DNA of 64,000 bases from an uncultured Bacteroides sp. (lineage in GTDB: Bacteria; Bacteroidota; Bacteroidia; Bacteroidales; GCA-2748055), in contig CAZCQL010000014.1 in the NCBI GenBank assembly GCA_964500835.1, positions 3,029 to 67,028 on the forward strand, written 5' to 3'. Shown piece by piece: positions 53,053 through 62,590 of this stretch. Numbering within the stretch: the stretch's first letter is position 1; each line of letters opens with the position of its first letter. The notes under the pieces were generated by a model, which did no database searches, had not been told where the DNA came from, and saw only the letters and a list, made by a program, of their open reading frames with translations. The position numbers and the translations under genes were made by a program.

Positions 53053-55280
53053 GGGTTAATCCTTTCCATCACCAGCACCCAGTCCTGGGGAGATGGAAGA
53101 TCCGGAGCCAGGTAGAGGCCGGTTTCACCCATGGCATTCCCGGCTCCAATGTCTGAAACTTCGAATTTTCCAAACTCTTGTTTTTCACCAATCCGGTTGA
53201 CCCAGAGTCCTGTTTTTCCTTCTTTTGTATTGTTTATTTTTACCGGCGGAATTCGCCAGGTGCGTGTTCCGTCTGAAACAATGATTGTTGCATATTCACC
53301 CGAGATTGCAGCAGTCATGGTGAACTCTTCACCAATATCCCCCAGGTCAATGGTTCCTATGGCAGGACCATATTCCCCGTTCTGCCGGTCATGCAAAAAG
53401 ACCCTGTTTTTCCACCCCGGTGAGTATAGCGCTACAATGTAATTATCGGCATCCTGAAACCGCATGACCAGTCCGGCTTCCGCATCGAATCTTGCCTTAG
53501 CACAACTTACCACCACATCTTTATCCTTAACCGGTTCAAGGATGGTCAGCATACCCTTTGTACCAACCAGAACACCATTCTCACGTAAAGTTGGTGTACC
53601 GTAATCCTTCCAGTCAGCAACATTTCCTTTTGCCTGAAAGCCTACAGCTTCCCTGTCGAAGTCGTCTTCGTATAAAAACGGCTGGGTATGTCCCTGAAAT
53701 TCATTCAGATTGTTGGTGAAAACTTTTACCGCACCCGCATCAAAACGCCTTCCTGTGGCGGGATCAAAATACCAGGCCGTATAATTCACATCTGTTTCAA
53801 CTCCTCGTACCACTGCTCCCTTCCAGTTGTAGATGGTTCTTCTTGGTTGATAAATGAATCGCACCTCTCCGGGGATGCCGGCGGCAAAACTCCCATCTTC
53901 TGCCCACTCCGGATGTGGCTCAAATTTATCCCATGGATATTCTTCCAGTAATTTCTTACCCAGCCCCACCTGGATGGCTCCGGGATAGTTCATTCCCTCA
54001 CGCCACGTGGTCCAGTCATACACCTTACGGCCGCCAAATGCGCTGGACGCGCATCCTGGATGGCCCTCCACACTGGCGTGCCAGATGCCGGCGGCCCCGT
54101 AGGTATGTCCTGCCGCTCCGCTAAGTATGTACTGCCAGAACATGTGCCGCTGCACGTAGGGAAATCCCGTCTGCATATGCCCTTCATAGCAGGTTTCTCC
54201 CACCAGCACCGGCATAGCAGGTTCCTTGCTGTAGGCTGCTAAAAAATTATTGATGGCCGAACTGATGGCAATCGCCTGATTGTGGCTACCACCTACCATG
54301 TCATAGGAAATAATCAGATCATCTTCAGGATTCCCCCGCCTTCCCCCTCCGGTATGCGCAGAAATGGGATGATGGTAAGGATCAATTTCTCTTACGTATC
54401 GTCCAACCTCGCCCCAGGGACCCACACCCCACTTGCTGTCGTTTTGCAATTCACCAGCAAGGATCCAGATCACCGGGTATGCACCGTAACGAGCAATCAG
54501 GTAGCGCCAGTGCCGCTCAAGGCCTTCCACACCCACGTGCTTCATGGCATCGCAGTCGGCCCTGCCCCAGGCCCCGACGATGGCAGGCACCAGCTCCATG
54601 TCCACCAGGTGCTGCAAACGCCGGTCGGCATAGGTCCAGTATTCAGGATTCAAAATTGTAAAGTCCTGCGTTTCATACATGAATCCGCCTTCGTTCTTCC
54701 ACATTTCTTCGAATGGTCCTTCATCCGGGTAAGGACCGGCAACGATCTGGATCACGGAAAAACCCTTTTCCCTGCGGTCGGCTGCCAGTTCCCGGAAACC
54801 GTCCCAGGTCAGCCGCTTGCAAAGGTTCTTCCACCAGGTATCTCCCAGCCAGAAGAACGGGGTTCCGTCGGCATGGGAAAAATGACGCCCGTTTTCGCTG
54901 ATTCCAATCATCCCGTGCAAATAAAGGATGTTATCGCCCTTGTATGCCGTAACGTTTAAAGATTGCTTCTTCCCGTTCAGGCCTTTGTTTGACCTGTCAC
55001 TGGATATAACTCGATAGGTATAGCTTCCTGTTTCCGGCGGAGCAAAACGCACCTTCCAGGTGTTTCCCCCGTCCCAGAAAGCCGGGATTTTCCATTCCTT
55101 ACCCTCCTTTTCGAAAAGCACATCCACCTGCACATCCATAAATGGATTGCTGTAGTTAAGTGAAGATTCGAAAGAGGTTTCGAATACCTTCCAATGTTGA
55201 GCGTCCTTTTCGCTCTGGCTATATGCTGATATGCTCAAAGCCAGAAAGAACAGTAATAGTGATTTTTTAATTGGATTCAT
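53049..55280 (-). CDS. DUF5060 + DUF4038 (GH140-like TIM-barrel) + collagen-binding-like + LamG/DUF1080-like domain protein
   Basis: Signal peptide. The N-terminal Ig-like DUF5060 pattern (IPAFWDGGNTWKVRF) is followed by PFFWLGDTWW...GFSVIQIVAG, typical of DUF4038/GH140-like barrels. WYFDPATGRRF is typical of the following beta-sandwich. The C-terminal GLVMRFQDADNYIVALYSP is a concanavalin/LamG-like block. Confidence 0.78.
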   Translation of the reverse strand: MNPIKKSLLLFFLALSISAYSQSEKDAQHWKVFETSFESSLNYSNPFMDVQVDVLFEKEGKEWKIPAFWDGGNTWKVRFAPPETGSYTYRVISSDRSNKGLNGKKQSLNVTAYKGDNILYLHGMIGISENGRHFSHADGTPFFWLGDTWWKNLCKRLTWDGFRELAADRREKGFSVIQIVAGPYPDEGPFEEMWKNEGGFMYETQDFTILNPEYWTYADRRLQHLVDMELVPAIVGAWGRADCDAMKHVGVEGLERHWRYLIARYGAYPVIWILAGELQNDSKWGVGPWGEVGRYVREIDPYHHPISAHTGGGRRGNPEDDLIISYDMVGGSHNQAIAISSAINNFLAAYSKEPAMPVLVGETCYEGHMQTGFPYVQRHMFWQYILSGAAGHTYGAAGIWHASVEGHPGCASSAFGGRKVYDWTTWREGMNYPGAIQVGLGKKLLEEYPWDKFEPHPEWAEDGSFAAGIPGEVRFIYQPRRTIYNWKGAVVRGVETDVNYTAWYFDPATGRRFDAGAVKVFTNNLNEFQGHTQPFLYEDDFDREAVGFQAKGNVADWKDYGTPTLRENGVLVGTKGMLTILEPVKDKDVVVSCAKARFDAEAGLVMRFQDADNYIVALYSPGWKNRVFLHDRQNGEYGPAIGTIDLGDIGEEFTMTAAISGEYATIIVSDGTRTWRIPPVKINNTKEGKTGLWVNRIGEKQEFGKFEVSDIGAGNAMGETGLYLAPDLPSPQDWVLVMERINP

Positions 55281-55965
55281 GAAGTTTTGCTTCCAGGGTT
55301 AGTGCTTCCGCTAAAAATGTTTCAGTTCCATGATACTTTTCCAAACCCGGTACCGGACGAGCATGGGGCGAGAAATCCTTTGCATCGATACCGTACCTTG
55401 TTTCACCATAATATGATCTCGGGGCCCCGACATTTGCTCCTTCTATGTTTACTTCAAAACCCAGGTTTAGAGGTTCGGCTCCCTCATAGCCAACAGGACG
55501 AAGATATCCTTTTCCAATGTGAATGATGGTATATCCCACATCTCTCAGGATGCCAACCAGTGTCATATCACCTGATTTCAGTCCCTCCCAGTTCCATTCT
55601 TCGGGGGTATGAGGGCCGGTATTCTTGGTAAAGGGATGCAGAGCACGAGTATTACGATGGCGAGCCGAGTTCTTTCCTGTAAATATACTTATCCGGCTTG
55701 GAGAACAAAGGGAATGGCTGTAAAAATTACTAAACCGCATCCCCTTTTCAGCCAGCCTTTCCATGTTCGGATTACGGTACCAGTCATTGAGAGGATGCCT
55801 TTGAGGATGGCCGTTTTCATCAACCAGCATCGGGACCGATGTATCCATCAGTTCCATATCATCCACCAGGAACACAATGATATTGGGCAATCGTGGTTCG
55901 TTCTCTTTTCTGCAAGTTAAGAAAAGGAGAACGATTGAAATCAGGATACCGGCCAGTCTTTTCAT
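55267..55965 (-). pseudogene. N-terminal half of an S1 sulfatase (truncated at ~232 aa)
   Basis: NIIVFLVDDMELMD and C-S-P-S-R-I-S-I-F-T-G-K are present, but the ORF ends ~230 aa before a normal sulfatase would. It overlaps the start of the next gene by 14 nt. Confidence 0.7.
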
Positions 55966-56146
55966 TTAAATATCTTTAATTCTCTCACACCATCGCATCT
56001 GTGCAGGCTATCAAATGTAATCAGGGGCTGCCAGACAGCAGGCAAAAATTATTGTTTTATTGCTCGCATATTCATTTTGTTGATCCTACTGCCGGCCAGA
56101 GAACTGTAAAAACGATATGATGAAAAGTTTGCGCATCATGGATTCT

Positions 56147-56557
56147 TTAAACTATTGTACTTGCATAGGCCATCAAAGCTGCGGCTCCCACCGAACAGAT
56201 CCCCGAGATCACACACATGACCAGTCCGCCGAAAAACCCTCCGCTTCTTTCATCCTTCTTTTTAAGGATTTTATCACGACCGAAGCCTGCCAGTGCCACG
56301 AAGACCACCCCCACGAGCATGAGTGCAGTGGCGATCAGGATCACCCTTCCCGCCGGGGAATTCAGATCGGCAGCCTCCTGGAACCGTCCGCTGCCTTTAA
56401 AGACCATGGGTATGATCACCCCCAGGGGAGAACGATCTATCCGAATAGCATGCCCGGAAACCAGGTCTGCTCGAATTTGAACTTTTTCATAGTCAAAAGA
56501 GCCCGCCATGCAGCAGCAGCCAGATGGAGTCTCTGTGACCGTGTAATTGGCTGGCAA
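56147..56557 (-). pseudogene. rhaT: Internal fragment of an L-rhamnose/H+ symporter (RhaT family)
   Basis: IIPMVFKGSGRF...AGRVILIATALMLVGVVFVALAGFGRDKILKKKDE...GFFGGLVMCVISGICSVGAAALM parallels E. coli RhaT LMTPIINGNFDV...[31 protein letters not shown]...[22 protein letters not shown]. Only ~90 of ~340 residues are recognisable. Confidence 0.55.
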
Positions 56558-56584
56558 TGCCCATGCAATAAGATATGCTTCTCC

Positions 56585-56663
56585 CGGGCAGGTTCAGAAC
56601 AATGGCTTCATGATATCGACGGTTCTTGTAGTAATCAACAAACCCAGCAATATGAGCCTCCGG
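56585..56663 (-). mobile_element. Possible C-terminal scrap of an rve/integrase-core transposase
   Basis: PEAHIAGFVDYYKNRRYHEAI.LNL resembles the ...i..Fv.yYNn.RyHeaL.nLtP... tail of DDE integrase-core transposases. It is ~25 codons long, has no catalytic region, and directly abuts the RhaT fragment. Confidence 0.3.
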
Positions 56664-56914
56664 TTATTCAGGGCTGAAGTATTGCTCAAGTTTAATAATG
56701 TTTTTCATTGTAAATTTTCAGTTCTGATTCTATACAGGGAGTTATTGGCCCGCAGGCTTAATATGAATTTGGGGTAGTCTCCAAATATAGCAGGATCAGG
56801 GATTTGTTCCAATGTTCAGAATGGCTTTTATTTATATTTTTTGATCCAAAAAGTGCAAACAATTGCCCGTATTAGGTATTTATCCCAATATTCTCAATCC
56901 TTATATTTATAGGC

Positions 56915-59608
56915 ATGAAAACGACTCACTTGCTACTTTGGTTAGCCCTGATTACTATATTGTCTGCCTGTAATCAAATCACTACCAATCAATTGGTTGA
57001 TCTTAAGACCGAAAACAGAACGGCTCCCCTTGGGATTGACAGGAAACAACCCCGTTTTAGCTGGATCATTAAATCAATGGAAAATGGGATGATTCAATCG
57101 GCCTACCAGGTCCTTGTGGCCACCGCCCCTTCCTTGCTCAGGGATGATACTTCCGACCTGTGGGATTCGAAGAAAATAATCTCCGGACAGTCAAATCTGG
57201 TATCCTATGAGGGTGCTTCACTTACCTCGGGCAGTGAAGTATTCTGGAAAGTCAGAATCTGGGATGCACAAGATCGTCGCACCCCCTGGAGCGATGTGGC
57301 TTCCTTTAGCGTGGGCCTGCTTGAGAAGGAAGACTGGAAAGCAAGCTGGATTGGGATTGACAGGCAGGTAGGCATTGACCGGCCTGATATTGAAAACCGG
57401 GTGCTCTCGGCGCGTTACCTAAGGAAAGAATTCCTTGTGGAAAAACCTGTCAAACGGGCCATGGCTTATATCGTGGGGATGGGCACCTATGAACTCTACC
57501 TCAATGGCATAAAAGTGGGCGATCATGTGCTCTCTCCTGCACTTTCCGAATACCCGGTACGTTCCTACTATGTAAGCTATGATGTGACGGATCAGATCCA
57601 TGAAGGCCTGAATGCCGTGGGCACCATCCTGGGAAATGGCCGTTACTTCGCTCCGAGGATCAAGGCCCCCACACCCACCCTTACCTATGGCTTCCCCAAA
57701 CTGTTGTTGCAAATCGAACTGGAGTTCAGTGATGGCAGCCAAGGCAGGGTCCTGAGCGACGCTTCATGGAGCATCACTACAGAAGGGCCGATACGTGGAA
57801 ACAATGAGTATGATGGAGCAACCTTTGATGCACGAATGGAATTTCCGGGCTGGAATGAATCTGGATTTGACGCTTCAGGATGGCAAGAGGTCGAAATTGT
57901 GGAACCATCCTCACCGGTGATCTCCTCCCAGTTTATCGAACCCATGAAGGTGACTGAAACCATTCGGCCCGTTGCCCTCACCAATCCTGAACCCGGTGTC
58001 TATATCTTCGATATGGGACAAAATATGGTGGGCTGGACAAAGTTGAAGACAGAAGCAGAATCAGGGACCGAAATCAGGCATCGCTTTGCTGAAACATTGC
58101 AAGAAGATGGCACACTATACCTGGCCAATATACGCGGGGCAAAAGTGACCGATATCTATATCGCCAACGGGGAAGGGATCGAACTGTACGAACCTCGATT
58201 TGTATTTCATGGATTCAGGTATGTGGAGCTTACCGGTTATCCGGGTAAGCCCGATCTCTCCACCCTGGAAGGTAAAGTGGTGCATGACGACCTGGCCACG
58301 ACCGGCCATTTTGAATGCTCCGATTCCCTCATCAACCAGGTGTATAAAAATGCCATCTGGGGACTCAGGGGAAACTACCGGAGTATTCCGACTGATTGTC
58401 CACAGCGGGATGAACGACAGGGTTGGCTGGGAGATCGTGCAGGCGGTTCCAGGGGTGAATCCTATGTTTTTGATATCAGGAACCTCTATAGAAAGTGGCT
58501 GGTGGATATTTTTGATGCGCAGAAGGAGAACGGCAGTATTTCCGATGTAAGCCCTGCCTACTGGCCTTTTTACAACGACAATGTCACCTGGGCCGGAACT
58601 CCCATTCAACTGGTGAAGATGTTGTACGACCAGTACGGAGAGAGGGATGTAATTGATGAAAGCTATGGCCCCATGAAAAAATGGGTGGATTATATGGTTG
58701 AAAACTACATGGAACGGGACCTGATGCCCAGGGATAATTACGGAGACTGGTGTGTTCCTCCCATCAATCCGGAGGTGATCCATACCAGGGATCCTGCACG
58801 CCTGACTTCAGGTGATTACCTGGGCACCTCTTATTTCTTCCACAACCTCTCACTGATGAAGGGATATGCAGAGATGCTTGGGAAAAATGAGGATGCGGCA
58901 TATTTCAACGATCTTGCATCCCGTATGAAAGCGGCTTTCCACAGGGAATTTTTTGATCCTGTAACCCGTAGATACAGTAACAACACCGCCACGGTCAACA
59001 TCCTGGCCCTGGCTTTTGGCATGGTACCATCTGAATATGAGAAAATCATTTTCGACAACCTGGTGCAGAAGATCGAGGTGGAACATCACTCCCATATTAC
59101 CACGGGCCTCATTGGACAACAATACTTCAACCGGATCCTGACTAAATACGGAAGGGCAGATTTGGCCCTTACCGTCAATACACAAACAGACTACCCTGGC
59201 TATGGTTACATGATCGAGAACGGTGCAACCACCATCTGGGAGCTTTGGAACGGAAATACAGCAGATCCCGCCATGAATTCGGGGAACCATGTGATGCTCC
59301 TGGGCGATTTCCTGACCTGGTTGTATGAGGACCTGGCAGGAATTAAACCCGATCCCTTAAATCCCGGCTTTAAACATATTGTGATGAAACCGGTCCTGAT
59401 ACCAAGATTGGACCATGTGAAAGCCAGTCACCTCTCACCCTTTGGATTAATTGAAAGTAAATGGGAAAAATCTGGAGATCTGTTTAACTGGCATGTAACG
59501 GTTCCTGCCAACAGCACGGCTACCATACATGTACCCGGGATGGATGAACCTGTGCAGGTTGGTTCAGGTGCACATCATTTTACAAGCCAATTAAACGAAC
59601 AGAGATAA
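56915..59608 (+). CDS. GH78 alpha-L-rhamnosidase (copy 3), lipoprotein
   Basis: Lipobox ILSAC. LKTENRTAPLGIDRKQPRFSW and catalytic signature IPTDCPQRDERQGWLGD. Confidence 0.92.
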   Translation: MKTTHLLLWLALITILSACNQITTNQLVDLKTENRTAPLGIDRKQPRFSWIIKSMENGMIQSAYQVLVATAPSLLRDDTSDLWDSKKIISGQSNLVSYEGASLTSGSEVFWKVRIWDAQDRRTPWSDVASFSVGLLEKEDWKASWIGIDRQVGIDRPDIENRVLSARYLRKEFLVEKPVKRAMAYIVGMGTYELYLNGIKVGDHVLSPALSEYPVRSYYVSYDVTDQIHEGLNAVGTILGNGRYFAPRIKAPTPTLTYGFPKLLLQIELEFSDGSQGRVLSDASWSITTEGPIRGNNEYDGATFDARMEFPGWNESGFDASGWQEVEIVEPSSPVISSQFIEPMKVTETIRPVALTNPEPGVYIFDMGQNMVGWTKLKTEAESGTEIRHRFAETLQEDGTLYLANIRGAKVTDIYIANGEGIELYEPRFVFHGFRYVELTGYPGKPDLSTLEGKVVHDDLATTGHFECSDSLINQVYKNAIWGLRGNYRSIPTDCPQRDERQGWLGDRAGGSRGESYVFDIRNLYRKWLVDIFDAQKENGSISDVSPAYWPFYNDNVTWAGTPIQLVKMLYDQYGERDVIDESYGPMKKWVDYMVENYMERDLMPRDNYGDWCVPPINPEVIHTRDPARLTSGDYLGTSYFFHNLSLMKGYAEMLGKNEDAAYFNDLASRMKAAFHREFFDPVTRRYSNNTATVNILALAFGMVPSEYEKIIFDNLVQKIEVEHHSHITTGLIGQQYFNRILTKYGRADLALTVNTQTDYPGYGYMIENGATTIWELWNGNTADPAMNSGNHVMLLGDFLTWLYEDLAGIKPDPLNPGFKHIVMKPVLIPRLDHVKASHLSPFGLIESKWEKSGDLFNWHVTVPANSTATIHVPGMDEPVQVGSGAHHFTSQLNEQR

Positions 59609-59835
59609 AAGCTTGTCTACTCAAGGGATGGGATTGGATTATACACATTTGTTGTGAGATGGCTGTCGGGGCCTCCATAATCACACGAAAAGTGCTTGGG
59701 GAAGCCCTCTTAAAGCGTCAATCCGGTGCCGGGCTAAAGGACAAGGATGTACGAGCGATTGCAGCACAGTGCCTCCATAACAATGCCGTTGAGATATACA
59801 ACAAAGGCGAGATCTATATTTAAAATCTACTGATC

Positions 59836-61926
59836 ATGACACCTGTAACCCGTAAATACTCATTTCCTGAAAAACTCCTTATCATCCTGTTTCTGACACC
59901 TCTAGCATGCAGTTCGCCGGTGAATATGGATCAGGATTCCGCTGAGCAAGCTGATGATGATAGCTACTACCGTGACATCTATTCCGATACCTGGGTGGCC
60001 ACAGATGCACTGGGAAGAACCATGCCTTCTTATGAAGAGGTGGGACCTGTGAAGGATGACCAACGCAGGGTAACAGGTATTTTTTATATCACCTGGCATA
60101 CACAGGATAAGGCCGGTTTGGAACAACCCTACCGCGCCGATGTGACCAAAATCCTGAATGAAGCTCCTGAAGCAAGACTGGATACAGATCATGAACTCTG
60201 GTATACCAACTCCTACCACTGGGGAGAGCCCGAAATGGGCTATTTCCTCAGTCAGGACGAATATGTGATTCGCAAAGATATGTCCATGCTTACCGATGCG
60301 GGAGTCGATGTACTGGTTTTGGATGTGACCAACGGGGTGCATTACTGGGATGAGTGGGAGGTAACCTTCAAAGTAATGAGCCAGATGAAGGCAGAGGGAA
60401 ATAAGGTACCTCACTTCTGTTTCTGGGCATTTAATGGTCCTGTCATCACCGTAGTTCAGGATTTATACGAAAGAATTTATAAAGAAGAAAGATACTCGGA
60501 TCTCTGGTTTTACTGGGACAAAAAGCCTTTGTTGCTATTCAATGGCAGACCTGAATTTGATGCCAATCGTGCAGGTATTAAGCATCGCAATCGCAATTTT
60601 GATCCTTTGGCGAAAACAGATCCAAATCATCCACACTATATGGATCCCGATTATTCTGAAGAGTTTTACCTGGACTACACCAGGGAAGTAAAAGAATTCT
60701 TTACAACCCGCACCATGTGGTGGGGTTATTATGAATGGGGAGGTGAGCGATTTGTGGGAACCGAAGATAACTGGAGTTTTGGATACAGTCTGGCTGATGA
60801 GAAAGTCAAAGCTTTGAAGCCAGAAGAGCTGCTATCAACCCATAATGGCATGCGGGAACAAGCTGCAGTCACAGCTGCACAGCATCCGATTACCATGACC
60901 GAAGAGAATATGGGCGTGGGAAAATCCTGGTCCCGCGAAAACGGCCAACCGGTATTAAATGAATATGATTTGCCCGAACCAACTTTCGTTCCCTGGTTAG
61001 GCGAAACAGTTGCAAATCCCTCCGGATATGGGATCTATTTCCAGGAGCGGTGGGACGAAGCCATCGAGGCCGATCCGGAGTTCCTCTACATCAATGACTG
61101 GAATGAATGGACCGCAGGTAAATATAATCCTGATGGAAAAGGACGGATTAGCTTTGCCCCGGGAAACCATACCATGCCATGGCTCGGACGCAACAATCCG
61201 TTTGTTTTTGTGGATCAGTATAATTCGGAATTCAATCGCTGCATCCACCCCATGAAAGCTGGGTATACTGATAACTATTACATGCAGATGGCCCAGAACA
61301 TCCGGCATTACAAAGGGGTCCGGCCCATACCTGAAAACCAGGGATATCAAAAGGTGAAAATTGATGGGGTATTTAGAGAATGGGAGGAAGTCGCCCTGGA
61401 GTACCGGGACACCAGAGGAGATGTTTATCACCGCGATTATCCGGGTTACGGAGGATTGCATTACACGGATGAATCAGGCCGGAATGATATTATCACCAGC
61501 AAAGTCGCGGTAAGTAAAAAGGAGATCGCATTCTATGCAGAAACTGATCATCCCCTTACCTCACACCTGGACTTAAACTGGATGCTTTTGCTGATAGATT
61601 CAGATCAGGATCCATCCACCGGATGGTATGGATACGATTACCTGGTCAATAAACAGATCGAGGACGGCCAGAAAACCATGCTTATGAAATATGATCCAGA
61701 AGAGGGTGAATGGCTTGATCAAAACTCACTTGAATTCGGCTACAATCACAATCAGTTGGAACTGGCCATACCAAGGAATCAGATAGGGCTTGAGGGAGAA
61801 GAGCTGGCTTTTGACTTCAAATGGAGCGATAACCCAAATGGACTGGACAATCCCATCTCATTGTGTACAGGTGGAGACACCGCTCCAAACCGCAGATTTA
61901 ATTACCGTTGCATATGGAAAAAATGA
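59836..61926 (+). CDS. Lipoprotein with putative TIM-barrel glycosidase-like N-terminal domain, family not recognised (696 aa)
   Basis: Lipobox PLACS. GIFYITWH...WGEPEMGYFLSQDEYVIRKDMSMLTDAGVDVLVLDVTN...WFYWDKKPLLLFNG is a pattern I associate with uncharacterised GH-like barrels of Bacteroidota. There is also a C-terminal beta-rich domain. Confidence 0.7.
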   Translation: MTPVTRKYSFPEKLLIILFLTPLACSSPVNMDQDSAEQADDDSYYRDIYSDTWVATDALGRTMPSYEEVGPVKDDQRRVTGIFYITWHTQDKAGLEQPYRADVTKILNEAPEARLDTDHELWYTNSYHWGEPEMGYFLSQDEYVIRKDMSMLTDAGVDVLVLDVTNGVHYWDEWEVTFKVMSQMKAEGNKVPHFCFWAFNGPVITVVQDLYERIYKEERYSDLWFYWDKKPLLLFNGRPEFDANRAGIKHRNRNFDPLAKTDPNHPHYMDPDYSEEFYLDYTREVKEFFTTRTMWWGYYEWGGERFVGTEDNWSFGYSLADEKVKALKPEELLSTHNGMREQAAVTAAQHPITMTEENMGVGKSWSRENGQPVLNEYDLPEPTFVPWLGETVANPSGYGIYFQERWDEAIEADPEFLYINDWNEWTAGKYNPDGKGRISFAPGNHTMPWLGRNNPFVFVDQYNSEFNRCIHPMKAGYTDNYYMQMAQNIRHYKGVRPIPENQGYQKVKIDGVFREWEEVALEYRDTRGDVYHRDYPGYGGLHYTDESGRNDIITSKVAVSKKEIAFYAETDHPLTSHLDLNWMLLLIDSDQDPSTGWYGYDYLVNKQIEDGQKTMLMKYDPEEGEWLDQNSLEFGYNHNQLELAIPRNQIGLEGEELAFDFKWSDNPNGLDNPISLCTGGDTAPNRRFNYRCIWKK

Positions 61927-61930
61927 TTAC

Positions 61931-62222
61931 ATGAATATTCGACTCTTAATCCTCTTCATTAATATTCTGTTACCGATTGTTGGATATTCCCAAATCTGGG
62001 AACTAAGCGAAGGATCAGATCTCAACCCTTTTTGCGGTAAAAGGTGAAAGCGATTTTTTCCGTCTTGAGCTGGGCACCCTCATATTCTCTAAGGAGTATG
62101 AAGCTACATGGAAATCCGAAGCCAATGGCGGGGATTTCCGCTTATACAACAATATCTCAAACGAAGAGATGGTTGAAGCTATTGAAGAGTTAATGATTCA
62201 ACCTCCAAAACATCTCCGTTGA
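61931..62222 (+). pseudogene. Small secreted-protein ORF split by a 1-nt frameshift in a T5 run
   Basis: Frame A reads MNIRLLILFINILLPIVGYSQIWELSEGSDLNPFCGKR*. Frame B reads ...[65 protein letters not shown]. Removing one T from TTTTT at 62029..62033 joins them into a ~97-aa protein. Confidence 0.35.
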
Positions 62223-62257
62223 TATATCACAACTGTAGAACAAATCACGAAACAACT

Positions 62258-62518
62258 ATGCATAGCAAAAAAGAAAGAGTTCTTGAAAAGAATTACGGCG
62301 ATAATGAGCTCAGGTATTTGGAGTTGCTTGCCGAAAAATTTTCCACAGTTCAAGCGGCCCCTACTGAAATAATAAATCTTCAATACATTTTAAACCTGCC
62401 AAAGGGGACCGAACATTTCCTGACAGATATACACGGGGAGTACGAAACCTTTAGCCATGCGTGGAGGAATGCCTCCGAAATGGTAAGAAAAAAAATGAGG
62501 ATGTGTAATATAAACTGA
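62258..62518 (+). pseudogene. fbp: N-terminal fragment of class 3 fructose-1,6-bisphosphatase
   Basis: [54 protein letters not shown] matches the conserved N-terminus of FBPase class 3 (B. subtilis Fbp: YLDLLAQKY...[36 protein letters not shown]). The ORF ends after ~86 aa, whereas the full length is ~640 aa. Confidence 0.65.
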
Positions 62519-62590
62519 CCATGGAAGAGTGGTACCAAAGAATGAGAAAAGAATTTGATGCCATTGAACCCGATCACTTATAAAATCATT

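Noticed and set aside
59659-59823. A 54-aa ORF (MAVGASIITRKVLGEALLKRQSGAGLKDKDVRAIAAQCLHNNAVEIYNKGEIYI) between GH78 copy 3 and the 696-aa gene. A 10-nt direct repeat GCCTCCATAA lies within it.
   Set aside because: There is no recognisable homology, signal or RBS context. The repeat is short enough to be chance.
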